Positions 1-10,708 are shown, counted from the first letter of the stretch. The stretch: 52,482 nt of DNA from an uncultured bacterium (GCA_903837175.1 CAILTR010000092.1:1-52482), one strand, 5' to 3'. Notes: generated by a model not told the origin, from the letters alone. Translations and numbers: made by a program.

Positions 1-282
1 AAAAAATCGGGGGCGCGCAAAATGAAAAGAGCAAAGAGTATTTTTCTGTGGTGTGGCGAGCTTGTCGAGCGACGGCGGGGCTGGCTTCCTTATTGGGGGT
101 TTTGCTCAAAAAATATTCGAACATCAATCAAAAAACACCGCTTTGAAACTGAAAAGTGGCATACTAGAAATGGTATCGGGGGTTCGCCGTATCATTCGAT
201 ACGGCGCCATGTCGAATGACAAGGCGAATCCCCCCCCCTTCTTTCCTCCAATTAAACTAATAAAGAAAATAAGTAAGCAAGC

Positions 283-317
283 TAGGTTTCACCGAGGACG
301 GTCCTTGGCTGGGTTTC
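283..317. repeat. 35-bp palindromic repeat family A (consensus GAAACCCAGTCGAGGACnGTCCTCGACTGGGTTTC), copy 1
   Basis: ccgaggacggtccttggctgggtttc; related copies at 10598, 12487, 13928, 16616, 16709. Confidence 0.7.
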
Positions 318-431
318 AAATTAGCGAATAAAAAATATTTTTTGAAAACAAATAAATTTAAATTCGTTATATTTGTTATAAGCGTGATGTAAGCTGTTTT
401 AATTAGTTTCAATAATTATTATTAAAAAAAT

Positions 432-1073
432 ATGAAAAATAAAACTATCATAATTATCGTGGTTGTCTTGCTCGTTGGACTTCTGGGCGGATATGCCATT
501 TCATCTACTATTCCATCATTTTCACAAAAAAATTCACCTGATTTGGTTCAAAAACAAAATGGAATTAGGCAAGAACAACGAAACCAGAACCCGAACCCAA
601 GACCGAATTTGAGCAAGTCTAATTGCTTGGCTGATGAATGTTTGACTGTGAATAATTTTGATTATCCCGCTGGAAGTTTGTCAACTCAAGCAAAAGAGGC
701 TTTGATAGAGGCTATAAATGATGAATACAAAGCCCATGCGCTTTATGAAAAAACCATTGAAAAATTTGGATTAGTAAAACCATTTTCGATGATTATTCGA
801 GCAGAAGAACAGCACATTTCTTCTTTGAAAGCACTTTTTGATAAATATGGAATGGAAATTCCCAAAGACAATTGGGCTGAAAAGGTTTCCGCAGAGGAAA
901 CACTGAAGCAAACATGTCAGTCGGGTGTTGATGCAGAGATTGCCAATGCAAATTTATACAAGGATAAGCTATTGCCAATGATTACTGACTATGAAGATAT
1001 AGCGTTGGTTTTCACGAACCTGATGGACGCATCTCAAGAAAAACATCTTCCAGCTTTTGAACGGTGCAATTAA
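432..1073 (+). CDS. Membrane-anchored ferritin-like (DUF2202-type) protein
   Basis: N-terminal TM; EYKA..Y, AEEQH, EIAN..LY and SQEKHLPAF ExxH-type motifs. Confidence 0.75.
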   Translation: MKNKTIIIIVVVLLVGLLGGYAISSTIPSFSQKNSPDLVQKQNGIRQEQRNQNPNPRPNLSKSNCLADECLTVNNFDYPAGSLSTQAKEALIEAINDEYKAHALYEKTIEKFGLVKPFSMIIRAEEQHISSLKALFDKYGMEIPKDNWAEKVSAEETLKQTCQSGVDAEIANANLYKDKLLPMITDYEDIALVFTNLMDASQEKHLPAFERCN

Positions 1074-1106
1074 ATTTATAAATAATAATAAACTAACACA
1101 AAAAAC

Positions 1107-1886
1107 ATGAAAAACAAAATTTTAGTGGCAGGAGTAACGATGGCAACCTTTGTTTTGGCTGGCAACGCTTACGCGGTTGGTCAAGGTGGTGTTGGACAAG
1201 GAAGTGGCAGTGGAATACATGAGTCAGGCACGGGGGTTGCTAATCCTGAATTGAAAGAAGAAAGTCAAGGTACTGGCCAAGGATTGCAAGACGGAACAGG
1301 AACGCAAACTCAACAACAAACACAACAAAAGTTGCAGGACGGAACAGGAACAGAAAATCAAGTCAAAAATCAAAACCAAGTGAAAAATCAGGGTGAGACA
1401 ATTCAAATTCAAACTCAAACTAGCGAACAACTAGGAAGTCAAACTGGAAATAAGGCAGTTTCAGCTGTGTCAGGGCAGGGGAAAAGCAAAGTAGCTGATG
1501 CTTTGCAAGAAATTTTGCAGGTGGCAAATAGAAACAGCGGAATTGGTCAACAAGTTAAAGCCATCGCTCAAACTCAAAACCAAAATCAAGAAAAATTAGA
1601 GACAAGCTTGCAAAAAGTTCAAAGTCAAAGTGGTTTTGCTAAATTTTTTGTTGGACCAAATTATGGTGAGATAAACAATGCTAAAAAAATATTAGAACAA
1701 AATCGCGAGCAGATTAAAAAGCTGAACCAAGTCAAGAATCAACTTGCCAGTCAAGGCGATGCGCAAAATTTGACTCAGCAAATTCAAATATTAGAACAGG
1801 CTAATTTGGAAATTGAAAATTCTTTAGGAACAGCGCAAGAAGGATTTAGCTTGTTTGGTTGGATGTTTAGAGCGTTTTCCAATTAA
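1107..1886 (+). CDS. Secreted Gln/Gly-rich hypothetical protein with coiled-coil C-terminus
   Basis: Signal peptide ending AYA; repeated LQDGTG and QNQVKN; C-terminal FSLFGW. Confidence 0.7.
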   Translation: MKNKILVAGVTMATFVLAGNAYAVGQGGVGQGSGSGIHESGTGVANPELKEESQGTGQGLQDGTGTQTQQQTQQKLQDGTGTENQVKNQNQVKNQGETIQIQTQTSEQLGSQTGNKAVSAVSGQGKSKVADALQEILQVANRNSGIGQQVKAIAQTQNQNQEKLETSLQKVQSQSGFAKFFVGPNYGEINNAKKILEQNREQIKKLNQVKNQLASQGDAQNLTQQIQILEQANLEIENSLGTAQEGFSLFGWMFRAFSN

Positions 1887-2006
1887 TCGTCTTGAATAAT
1901 TTTTAAATGATTTTAGGTGGAGTGTCACTTTTCAGCTGGCACGAAATTAAGAAGTGAAAAAAGGGAAAAAGGTTTTAGTTTCGTTCGAAAAATATTTCCA
2001 GAATCT

Positions 2007-2034
2007 AAAAACAGCCATCAGTATGGCTGTTTTT
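2007..2034 (+). terminator. Intrinsic terminator
   Basis: aaaaacagccat-cagt-atggctgttttt. Confidence 0.7.
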
Positions 2035-2261
2035 GCTTTTAGATGGCCGAAATAAGCTTGGGATGGATTTTGGGTAACTTTATAAGGTTTACAAATATTG
2101 ACAAACTTTATAAAGTTTGAGTTGCAAATTTTTTAAAAGCAAGATTGCTTATTTTGATGAGGCTTGTTAAGATTAGACTATTGATTTGACTATTATTTTT
2201 GTGAGATTCTAGAGAGGAAATAAATAAAACTTTTTAATTTTTAGAATGATGTAAATTTATT

Positions 2262-3086
2262 ATGAAAAGCTTAAAAGCATTATTCATTTTGAATAAATTC
2301 AAAAAATTTAAAGTCGCCTCGCGTTGGAAATTGGCGCTCAAAACTGGGCCGTTTGTGTTGGCAATTGTGGCGTGCAAATTCTTGGCCCATTGGTTTGGTT
2401 GGGAATTTTTGTCGCTCAACTCACTTTTCACAGCGATTATCTCAGCTAATATTTTCCTGATTGGTTTTCTGATTTCTGGAACGCTGGTGGACTACAAGGA
2501 AAGTGAAAAATTGCCGGGCGATTTGGCGGCTAGCTTGGAAACTATGGCAGATGAAGGTCTGATTATTTTCAAAAACAAAAAAAGCCAGGAGGCCAAAAAA
2601 TATCTGCAAAAATTGTTGCAATTTAGCGAAGCATTGGTGGCTTGGTTTTACAAAAAAGAAAAAACCACCGACTTGATGAATAAATTGCTGGCCTTTAATG
2701 ATGATTTCCTGGCTTTTGAAAGTCAAACTCAAGCGAATTTTATCGCGCGTCTCAAGCAAGAACAAAATGTCATTCGCAAAATGCTCAATCGCATTCATAC
2801 GATCAGAGAAACTTCTTTCTTGGGAACAGGGTATGCTATTGTAGAAATCATTACTTCAATTTTGGTTTTTGGTTTGGTTTTTATTAAGATGGATCCTTTC
2901 TATGAGAGTGTTTTCTTTGTTTCCTTTGTGAGTTTCATTTTGATTTATATGCTGTATTTTATCAAGGATCTCGATAATCCCTTTGGTTTCAGTGAGGAAG
3001 AGAACCTGGTTGAAGAAGTTTCCCTCAAACCGATTTTAGACACCCGAAAAAGGCTCGAAGCGTATTGTCGAGAAATCGGGGAGTAG
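2262..3086 (+). CDS. Bestrophin-like (DUF4239-type) membrane protein
   Basis: Two N-terminal and two C-terminal TM helices; IKDLDNPFG motif. Confidence 0.6.
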   Translation: MKSLKALFILNKFKKFKVASRWKLALKTGPFVLAIVACKFLAHWFGWEFLSLNSLFTAIISANIFLIGFLISGTLVDYKESEKLPGDLAASLETMADEGLIIFKNKKSQEAKKYLQKLLQFSEALVAWFYKKEKTTDLMNKLLAFNDDFLAFESQTQANFIARLKQEQNVIRKMLNRIHTIRETSFLGTGYAIVEIITSILVFGLVFIKMDPFYESVFFVSFVSFILIYMLYFIKDLDNPFGFSEEENLVEEVSLKPILDTRKRLEAYCREIGE

Positions 3087-3235
3087 GCATTTTTGCTATA
3101 TGATTTTCAATTTTCTTCAACATTGCAAATCAGACCATATGGGTATGATTGCAATGTTTTGGTTTTAAAAAGATATTGCAAAAAGTCGCATGCTTAGACT
3201 CTAGAATCTATTGCAATACTTTTTGTTTTAAAATT

Positions 3236-3559
3236 ATGGCAACAAAGCAAGCAACCGTCGATTATATTTTGGATCAGCTGGCCTCACTTGGCGAGGTGAG
3301 TGCGCGCAAAATGTTTGGAGAATACGCGCTCTACTTCGAGGGGAAAGTGGTGGGGCTGATTTGCAATGACACCCTTTTTGTTAAAATCACCGAGGCGGGC
3401 AAGCAATTTGTGGGCGGTCATTATCAAGAAGGCTATGCTTACAAAGGCGCCAAGGCTTCGATGGAAATTTCTGGCGACCTGCTGGAAGATCATCACTGGC
3501 TTTGCGAATTGATTTTGACAACCGCCAGTCAGTTGCCACTGCCGAAGAAGAAAAAATAA
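3236..3559 (+). CDS. TfoX/Sxy N-terminal domain protein (start moved to MATKQ)
   Basis: ARKMFGEYALY..GKVVGLICNDTLFVK motif. Confidence 0.85.
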   Translation: MATKQATVDYILDQLASLGEVSARKMFGEYALYFEGKVVGLICNDTLFVKITEAGKQFVGGHYQEGYAYKGAKASMEISGDLLEDHHWLCELILTTASQLPLPKKKK

Positions 3560-3579
3560 ATTAACACAACTTACTATTT

Positions 3580-3614
3580 GGGAGCTCAACTCCCATAGGG
3601 GGAGTTGAGCTCCC
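3580..3614. repeat. 35-bp REP/REPIN-like palindrome family B, copy 1
   Basis: gggagctcaactccc-atagg-gggagttgagctccc; identical arms at 18014. Confidence 0.85.
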
Positions 3615-3693
3615 TTCGCGCGGCATGGTTGCAAGATGTCCATTCAACCACATAAGGACTTTTTTGAGAAATAATTTTTGTAAGAATAAATTT

Positions 3694-4092
3694 ATGAATG
3701 GCTATACTTGGTACTCGCAACTAATAAAACCAACTTGGTCGCCACCGGCTTGGCTTTTTGGGCCGGTGTGGACTTTTTTATACATTCTGATTTTTATTTC
3801 TTTTGGCAAGGTTTTCTTGATGACCTGGAAAAAAGAGATTGGACTAATGATTGCGTTGCCTTTCGTGCTCAATCTGATTTTCAACTTTGCTTTCACCTCG
3901 CTTCAATTTGGACTCAAAAATAATTATTTGGCAGCTGTTGATATTTTACTTATTCTTGGAACTTTAATTTGGGCTATGCTGGCAATTTATCCTTATGCTT
4001 CTTGGATAACTTATATCCAAATTCCATATCTGCTCTGGGTTTGTTTTGCAACTGTTTTGCAACTGACAATTACGTGGCTCAATAGAGGCTAA
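3694..4092 (+). CDS. tspO: TspO/MBR family tryptophan-rich sensory protein (start moved to MNGYTW)
   Basis: WYSQLIKPTWSPPAWLFGPVWTFLY and PYLLWVCFATVL motifs. Confidence 0.9.
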   Translation: MNGYTWYSQLIKPTWSPPAWLFGPVWTFLYILIFISFGKVFLMTWKKEIGLMIALPFVLNLIFNFAFTSLQFGLKNNYLAAVDILLILGTLIWAMLAIYPYASWITYIQIPYLLWVCFATVLQLTITWLNRG

Positions 4093-4101
4093 GGGCAATA
4101 A

Positions 4102-4140
4102 CCAAGATACAAGATACAAGATACAAGATACAAGATACAA
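4102..4140. repeat. Heptamer tandem repeat (caagata)x5
   Basis: Read directly from sequence. Confidence 0.9.
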
Positions 4141-4144
4141 TAAC

Positions 4145-4208
4145 CCTGCCTACCTGCCTATCGGCAGACAGGTCGGCAGACAGGCCGGCAGGCAGGTCGG
4201 CAGACAGG
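4145..4208. repeat. Nested copies of a 20-bp imperfect palindrome (cctgcctaYcggcagRcagg)
   Basis: cctgccta x2 followed by YcggcagRcagg x4. Confidence 0.8.
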
Positions 4209-4518
4209 CAAACAAATTTCAAATTCCAAATTCCAATATGCAAAGATACAAACTGTTTGAATATTTGATTTTTGATTATTGAATTTTGTTTGGTGCTTGT
4301 TTCTTAATGTTTGTATTTTGCATAAAAAATACTCTCCGTATTTTTTAGGTTCTTGCCTTTTTGGTCAAAGTTCTTTAGTCTTAGAATATGAATCCGGTAG
4401 TGAGAATTCGAAAAATATTCTTGGCTGGCTACTAGATTAAACAAAAAATAATTTTAAAGACTATTTTATGCAATAGAAGCTTGTTTTGGGCAAAGCCCAT
4501 TCGAATTTCTACTACCGG

Positions 4519-6336
4519 ATGAATAACAATGTTGAAGAAATCAAAGCGCGGCTCAATATTGTCGATGTGGTCGGCGAATATGTGAGATTGACTAAAGGCG
4601 GGGCAAACTGGAAAGGTTTGTGTCCTTTTCATAGTGAAAAAAGTCCTTCTTTTATGGTTAATGAGGAAAAACAAATTTTTCATTGTTTTGGTTGTAGCAA
4701 GGGGGGAGACGTTTTCACGTTTGTGCAGGAAATTGAAAGTCTGGATTTTCGAGAAACCTTGAAAATGTTGGCAGAAAAAGCGGGGGTGCAATTGGAAGAA
4801 TATAAGGGAGCTCCCCAGGAAAAAGATCACAAAAAAAGAGTCTTGGAAGCACTGGAACTGGCAACGAAATTTTTTGAAACCCAACTTTGGAAAGGCATGG
4901 GCAGGGAGAAAATCCTGGGCTATTTAAATGAACGTGGCATTAGTGATGATAGTATTCGCAACTTTCGCGTGGGCTTTGCTCCAGCCGGCTGGGATAATAT
5001 TTTAAAATTCTTATTGGAAAGAGGTTTTTCACTCGAAGAAATTTCTAAAACCGGACTACTAGTGCAAAAGAATCCAGATCCTCTAAAAGCTAACAGCTAT
5101 AAGCTAGAAGCTAGTTTCTATGATCGCTTTCGCGATCGAATTATGTTTCCAATTCAAGACGCGATGGGAGTGGTAGTTGGCTATACAGCCCGCGTAGCGC
5201 CAGGGCAAGATGAATCGCAAGCCAAGTATATTAATACCCCGGAAACGCTCGTTTATCATAAGAGTAAGGCGCTGTATGGTCTTTTTTACGCTAAGCAGGC
5301 GATTAAACAGAAAAATTTTACCCTACTGGTCGAAGGTCAAATGGACGTGATTGCTTGTCATCAAGCGGGGCTGACTAATACGGTGGCTGTTTCAGGAACA
5401 GCGCTGACCGGCGAACACGTCACGATTTTAAAAAGATATAGTGATAATGTTAAAATGCTTTTTGATATGGACAGTGCTGGTCGCCAAGCGGCCAAGAAAA
5501 GTGCGGATTTATGCTTCGGCCAAGATGTCAAAGTAAAAATCGTGACGCTTTCGCAAGGTAAGGACGCGGCCGAAGTGGCGCTTAAAGATCCGCAACTTTT
5601 ACTTTCAGCCGTAGCTGGTTCAATAGGCGCGGTGGAAGCTTTTTTTGCGGAGGCTTTAAAAGAATTTGATCAAAGAACCGCCGAAGGCAAAAGAAGTATC
5701 GCCAATAGCGTCCTTTCGCATGTGGCCAATATGCCTAATCAAATCGAGAAAAATTATTGGATTAAGAAACTAGCGCATCAACTGGACGTGGAAGAAAAAG
5801 TCATCAGCGACGTACTAAAGTCATTGACCCCAAGTAGTTTCATTTCGACCGCTGGCAGAAAGGAACCCGAAAAGGAAAGCCTTAAATTCCAAAATCGGGC
5901 TGAAATAGTGCGCGATCTCCTGGCGGGGCTTATCCTGAGTGAGAAGGAGATTTGGAAGGAAACTTTTGAAAAAGTTGGAACTAGCGCTTGGGTGCAGGCG
6001 GATAAGCTCTTGAAATTTTTATTTGAAAAAGGCCCGCAAGTTGATTTTTCCTATGAAAACTTACTCCAGGCAGTTGCGGAAGATCAAAAGAAACGACTTT
6101 CCGAGCTTTATTTCGTGGCTAAATACCGTTTTTCGCAGGATGGGGTGGTGGAATATGCCGGCGAGGAACTTCGTCAGCTAGTAAACGTGCACATCGAGCA
6201 ATACCTAAAAGAATTGCATAAAAACAAACTCCATAGTATCATGAAAGAAATTAAAAGTGCCGAGGAAAGAGGTGATAAGGAGGCGCTTGGTAAGTTAATG
6301 GGCGAGTTTGCAAAGCTTTCCCAAGAAAATAATTAA
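4519..6336 (+). CDS. dnaG: DNA primase (start moved to MNNNVEE)
   Basis: CPFH..CFGC zinc finger, [26 protein letters not shown] and FDMDSAG TOPRIM motifs. Confidence 0.97.
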   Translation: MNNNVEEIKARLNIVDVVGEYVRLTKGGANWKGLCPFHSEKSPSFMVNEEKQIFHCFGCSKGGDVFTFVQEIESLDFRETLKMLAEKAGVQLEEYKGAPQEKDHKKRVLEALELATKFFETQLWKGMGREKILGYLNERGISDDSIRNFRVGFAPAGWDNILKFLLERGFSLEEISKTGLLVQKNPDPLKANSYKLEASFYDRFRDRIMFPIQDAMGVVVGYTARVAPGQDESQAKYINTPETLVYHKSKALYGLFYAKQAIKQKNFTLLVEGQMDVIACHQAGLTNTVAVSGTALTGEHVTILKRYSDNVKMLFDMDSAGRQAAKKSADLCFGQDVKVKIVTLSQGKDAAEVALKDPQLLLSAVAGSIGAVEAFFAEALKEFDQRTAEGKRSIANSVLSHVANMPNQIEKNYWIKKLAHQLDVEEKVISDVLKSLTPSSFISTAGRKEPEKESLKFQNRAEIVRDLLAGLILSEKEIWKETFEKVGTSAWVQADKLLKFLFEKGPQVDFSYENLLQAVAEDQKKRLSELYFVAKYRFSQDGVVEYAGEELRQLVNVHIEQYLKELHKNKLHSIMKEIKSAEERGDKEALGKLMGEFAKLSQENN

Positions 6337-6410
6337 GACAAACACTGGCAATGATGCCGGTTTTTGCTGTTTTTGATAAATTGCTAGTTTCATCATCTTT
6401 ACAAAGAATT

Positions 6411-7907
6411 ATGAAAATGAAAAAAAAGCTTTTAAGAAAAAAAACAGTCAAGCCAAAAGCTGTCAGCAAACCAAAGGCTTTAAAGCAAAAGCCTAAGAAA
6501 GTCGTAGCTAAAAAGCCTATGGCAAAGAAGGTTGTTTTACTTTCCCAGAAAAAGAAAGCTAAGCTGGTAAAAAAAGTTGTTACCCTGAAAAAGAAGAAGC
6601 AAGTTAAGAGTTCTAAAATTAATAAAGCAGCTCAGTCAAAAAAAATAAAAATGAAAATGATTAAAAAAAATTCAAAGAAAATTGTTCCCAAAAAAGCTGC
6701 TCCGCAACCTAAGCCAGTGGTAAAAAAGCCAGTCAAGAAAGATCTTCCAAAGAAAGTTTTGCCAAAAATAAAAAAGGAAACTCCCGTACGGATGGAAGAT
6801 CGAGAGCCTGGCAAGGTGGATATTTTAGCGGAACTAATTTCGCGCGGAAAAGTTCGCGGTTTTGTAACGGAAGATGAGATTATTCACCTAATGCCAGATG
6901 CCGAAGAAGATATTGAAGAGCTGGAAAATTTATATGAAAAATTAGAGACCTCCGGAATTAAGGTAGTAATTTCGGATGATATGTTAAAGATTGATAGCGA
7001 TAAAGAATCGCAAGCTTTTGAGAAAAGTAAAAAAGATAAAAATGCTGATATTAACCTGAGCGAATCGCTGGAGGATAGTTCTTCGGATTTAGTGCAAATG
7101 TATTTGCGTGAAATTGGAAGAGTGCCGTTGCTTAAATTTGAAGATGAGGTGAAACTGGCCAAAGCCAATGAAAAAGGGGACTTAGCGGCTAAGCAGAAAT
7201 TGACTGAAGCTAATTTGCGCCTTGTGGTCAGTATTGCGAAAAAATATGTGGGTCGCTCCCATAACCTTTCTCTACTTGATTTAATTCAAGAAGGTAATAT
7301 TGGGCTTTTCCGCGCCGTAGAAAAATTTGATTATCGTAAGGGCTATAAGTTCTCGACTTATGCTACCTGGTGGATTCGTCAAGCGATTACACGGGCCCTG
7401 GCTGACCAATCACGTACAATTCGCATTCCAGTGCATATGGTGGAAACGATTAATAAATACACTCAAATTACGCGTCGTTTAGTTCAGGAACTCGGGCGCG
7501 AACCTTTGCCGGAGGAAATTGCCGCCGAAATGAATATTGAAGTTGATAAAATTAGACACATCCAAAAAATTTCTCAGGAAACAGTTTCCCTGGAAACTTC
7601 CGTGGGGGATAGCGATGACGATAGCGTGTTGGGCGATTTTATTGAAGACACAGAAACGGTGATGCCTAATCAAGTTGCCTCGCGAAAACTACTAAAAAAT
7701 CATTTTAATGAAGTGCTTCGTGAACTAACTCCGCGCGAGCAAAAGATTTTAAAAATTCGTTTTGGCCTAGAAGATGGCGTGACGCATACCCTGGAAGAAG
7801 TCGGCAAAGAATTTGGCGTAACCCGCGAGCGTATCCGTCAAATCGAAGCCAAGGCGCTGGATAAAATTCGTCAGCACAAGAGTATTGAGAAGTTGAAAGA
7901 CTACTAA
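6411..7907 (+). CDS. rpoD: Primary sigma factor with long Lys-rich N-terminal extension (exact start uncertain)
   Basis: [46 protein letters not shown]; follows dnaG. Confidence 0.95.
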   Translation: MKMKKKLLRKKTVKPKAVSKPKALKQKPKKVVAKKPMAKKVVLLSQKKKAKLVKKVVTLKKKKQVKSSKINKAAQSKKIKMKMIKKNSKKIVPKKAAPQPKPVVKKPVKKDLPKKVLPKIKKETPVRMEDREPGKVDILAELISRGKVRGFVTEDEIIHLMPDAEEDIEELENLYEKLETSGIKVVISDDMLKIDSDKESQAFEKSKKDKNADINLSESLEDSSSDLVQMYLREIGRVPLLKFEDEVKLAKANEKGDLAAKQKLTEANLRLVVSIAKKYVGRSHNLSLLDLIQEGNIGLFRAVEKFDYRKGYKFSTYATWWIRQAITRALADQSRTIRIPVHMVETINKYTQITRRLVQELGREPLPEEIAAEMNIEVDKIRHIQKISQETVSLETSVGDSDDDSVLGDFIEDTETVMPNQVASRKLLKNHFNEVLRELTPREQKILKIRFGLEDGVTHTLEEVGKEFGVTRERIRQIEAKALDKIRQHKSIEKLKDY

Positions 7908-8087
7908 ACATCAAACATGGAACACATAACATGGAGCATGTAACATGAGACAGAAAGGAAAAATGTCTAAATCCTAATGTCTAAGGAGGGTAGGCAGCAA
8001 TCAATATACAACATACGACATACAATATACAATATACAATATACAAAATACAAGAGGCAAAATACAAGAGGCAAAATGCAAGAGGCA
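7906..8087. repeat. Degenerate heptamer-periodic tracts
   Basis: aaacatc aaacatg gaacaca taacatg...; aatatac aacatac gacatac aatatac...; aaaatac aagaggc repeats. Confidence 0.8.
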
Positions 8088-8089
8088 AT

Positions 8090-8122
8090 AAAAATAACCT
8101 TCGGAACGAAGGTTATTTTTTT
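8090..8122. terminator. Bidirectional terminator between rpoD and SDR gene
   Basis: aaaaataaccttcg-gaa-cgaaggttattttt. Confidence 0.8.
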
Positions 8123-8147
8123 AGCTCATATTAAATTTTTTGAGAAA

Positions 8148-8882
8148 CTATTTAATTGTCCAACCGCCATCGACGACAATAACTTGGCCAGTGATGTAAC
8201 TTGATTTTTCTGAAGCTAGGAAAACCACAGCGTTGGCGATATCTTCAGGTTGTCCCATTCTTTGAATTGGAATTCCAGTTAGCATGCCTTTGATTTGGTC
8301 GTCTGGCATTTGGGCGCCTGGGGTTTGGATTGCACCTGGAGCAACGGCGTTAACTGTGATATTTTTTCCAGCAGTTTCTAAAGCTAAAGCCCTGATCATG
8401 CCGTTTACTCCCCCTTTGGTGGCGCAGTAGTGAACCAAGCCGGCAAAGCCTTGAAGAGAAGCAATTGAAGAGATGTTGATAATTCTTCCGCCTTCAGGCA
8501 TCGTTTTTAAAGCTTCTTTCGAGGTCAAAAAAATGCTTTTCAGGTTTACATTCATCACTTTGTCCCAATCAGCTTCTTGCATATTTTCGAAAGGTACAAA
8601 AGGATAAATTCCAGCGTTATTAACTAAAATATCAACCTTGCCAAACTGGGATACGGTTTGACTAAAAAGTTCATTTACTTCATTTGAATTTGAAACATCG
8701 CATTTGACTGCTAGGGATTTAACTCCAAGCTGCGCAACTTCAGCTGCAACTTTCTCAGCATTTTCTTGGTTAATGTCGGTCACCACAATATCATAACCTT
8801 CGTTAGCCATTTCCAAAGCAATACCTCTGCCAATTCCGACCCCAGCTCCAGTGACGATGGCCACTTTGTTTTTTAATTTCAT
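8148..8882 (-). CDS. Short-chain dehydrogenase/reductase (FabG-like; start MKLKNK)
   Basis: TGAGVGIG, NNAG, YCATK catalytic YxxxK, VNAVAPG, VDGG. Confidence 0.93.
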   Translation of the reverse strand: MKLKNKVAIVTGAGVGIGRGIALEMANEGYDIVVTDINQENAEKVAAEVAQLGVKSLAVKCDVSNSNEVNELFSQTVSQFGKVDILVNNAGIYPFVPFENMQEADWDKVMNVNLKSIFLTSKEALKTMPEGGRIINISSIASLQGFAGLVHYCATKGGVNGMIRALALETAGKNITVNAVAPGAIQTPGAQMPDDQIKGMLTGIPIQRMGQPEDIANAVVFLASEKSSYITGQVIVVDGGWTIK

Positions 8883-9059
8883 TTTTTGTTTTTTTCTTTT
8901 CAAATTGCGCCAAAGCGCCGCTTGAGAAAGATTATTTTAAAACTTAATTAACAAAAAAAGAGGCGGGCTTTCACCCGTCTCTTTTACGACTTTTCTATTC
9001 TAGCACGTTTTTTAGCGTTTGTCTAGGTTCTCGGCTGGCGTATGCTCAAAATTTAAAGG

Positions 9060-10346
9060 TTACTTTTTCCCGAGTGCTATTTTTAAGGCTGCTTCCTGAC
9101 CTTTGTGGTAAATTTTTAAGGTGACTTCATCGCCAGGATTATATTTGGCGATAAGCTCAATTAGCGAAGTTCGCTCCGTTATTTTTTGACCGTTAAGTTC
9201 AAGGATAATATCGTTTTCAACAAGGCCGGCTTTGTCCGCGGGTGAGCCAGGCGTGACGGCAAGCGCAGTCGCATTTTGGCCACGACTAATGAGGGCGCCA
9301 TAATTATAAGGTAGATTATTACTGCTTTTAATAGCGTCATTGATCGGCAGATAACGCACACCTAGGAAAGCACTGGCTTTTTCTTTAATGCTGCCCGTAT
9401 CTCGAACTTGCTCAAAAACATCCTTGGCTTCGTTACCTAATAGCGCGAAGCTAATATTTTCAGCGCTGGCCATGGCGACATTAACTCCGATAACATTACC
9501 CTCAATATCCAACATCGGTCCGCCGGAATTTCCAGGGTTAATGGCAGCGTCACTTTGAATTAAATTTTTTAAACTTTCAGCTGGGCGGGCAAAGCCGCCG
9601 CCAGCGGTGATTGAGCGTGCAAGCCCTGAGATAACGCCCTTGCTGACTGTATTATCGAATTCGCCTAAGGCGTAGCCAATCGTAATAACCGTTTGACCAA
9701 CTTGCAGCTTGCTGGAATCGGAAAAAGTCAAAAAAGGTAAATTATTTTTTTCAATTTTTAAAATGGCTAAGTCGTTATTTGGATCTAGCGCGACTACGCG
9801 GGCTTTTATTTTTTCGCCTCGCTCGCTTTCATTGTTTAGATAAACAGTGTAATCGGCTTCTTTTTCATTGACGACATGCTTATTTGTGACAATAAAGCCG
9901 TCTGGCGAAACTAAAAAACCTGTGCCAGCCCCAATTTTTTGTTCCTGGGTGCCATTTTGACGTTGTTGGGGCATACTGAAAAATTGACCAAATCCTTCTG
10001 GGACTCCAGAAGGTGTGTCGAAATAGGTTTCGAAAGTTGGAACTTGTGCGGAAGCGACAATACTGACGACGGCTGGGGAAGTTTTTTTGACGACTTCGAT
10101 TACTTGCGATTGTTCATCAACAACTTTAATGGGTTGGACATTTTGCGGGACTTCTTTTTTGAAAAAGTCGGTTACGGCTGCAAGGGGATTGGCATGTTTT
10201 TCTGTTTTCCATTGCTGATATTTTTCCACACCAGTGGTCACTGATTTTACACCAAAATAAATAAGGCCTCCGCCCAAAAGGGCAGCAAAGAGGATAAGAC
10301 TAGCGAGGGTTTTTAAAGAGAGGCGATAGTTAGATTTTAGTTGCAT
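9060..10346 (-). CDS. htrA: HtrA/DegP-family serine protease with PDZ domain
   Basis: GTGF, TNKHVV, DLAILK, QSDAAINPGNSGGP; C-terminal GSPADKAGL PDZ; N-terminal TM. Confidence 0.93.
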   Translation of the reverse strand: MQLKSNYRLSLKTLASLILFAALLGGGLIYFGVKSVTTGVEKYQQWKTEKHANPLAAVTDFFKKEVPQNVQPIKVVDEQSQVIEVVKKTSPAVVSIVASAQVPTFETYFDTPSGVPEGFGQFFSMPQQRQNGTQEQKIGAGTGFLVSPDGFIVTNKHVVNEKEADYTVYLNNESERGEKIKARVVALDPNNDLAILKIEKNNLPFLTFSDSSKLQVGQTVITIGYALGEFDNTVSKGVISGLARSITAGGGFARPAESLKNLIQSDAAINPGNSGGPMLDIEGNVIGVNVAMASAENISFALLGNEAKDVFEQVRDTGSIKEKASAFLGVRYLPINDAIKSSNNLPYNYGALISRGQNATALAVTPGSPADKAGLVENDIILELNGQKITERTSLIELIAKYNPGDEVTLKIYHKGQEAALKIALGKK

Positions 10347-10597
10347 AGTTTTGTTTTTTTAAATTAATTTATAAAATTACGTAGATTACGCATATTAGTC
10401 AGTATAGCCTATTTTTCTATATTAGTAATACTCGTTGGGAATAATTTTTTTTCAAAATTTACCTAGCCGTAGCTACTGATATTTACAAAATAGAAAGGCT
10501 AATTCATATTTTATAAAAAATATTTTTCTTGTCAAGACCGTAAAAGTTTCAAGCAGATAGGTGGCAAAGCATCGAATTGTATAGGTGCTTGGCATCA

Positions 10598-10632
10598 GAA
10601 CCTAAGTTGATGAGCGTCCTTGACTGGGTTTC
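10598..10632. repeat. Palindrome family A, degenerate copy
   Basis: gaacctaagttgatgagcgtccttgactgggtttc. Confidence 0.6.
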
Positions 10633-10708
10633 TGACTAACTATAAAAAGTAGTTGCGGATTAAGTGAGTTGTTTAATAGGCCTAAAAATGATATAAATAT
10701 AATAATTA

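Noticed and set aside
22-331. Short ORFs at the window start
   Set aside because: No recognisable motifs; they overlap palindromic repeats
7977-8204. 75-aa ORF
   Set aside because: Translation of heptamer repeats running across a terminator
10555-10640. c-di-GMP-I riboswitch-like look (GGCAAA...CCTAAG) upstream of the ABC gene
   Set aside because: No GNRA loop or GACGCAAA junction; the second stem is better explained as a family A palindrome
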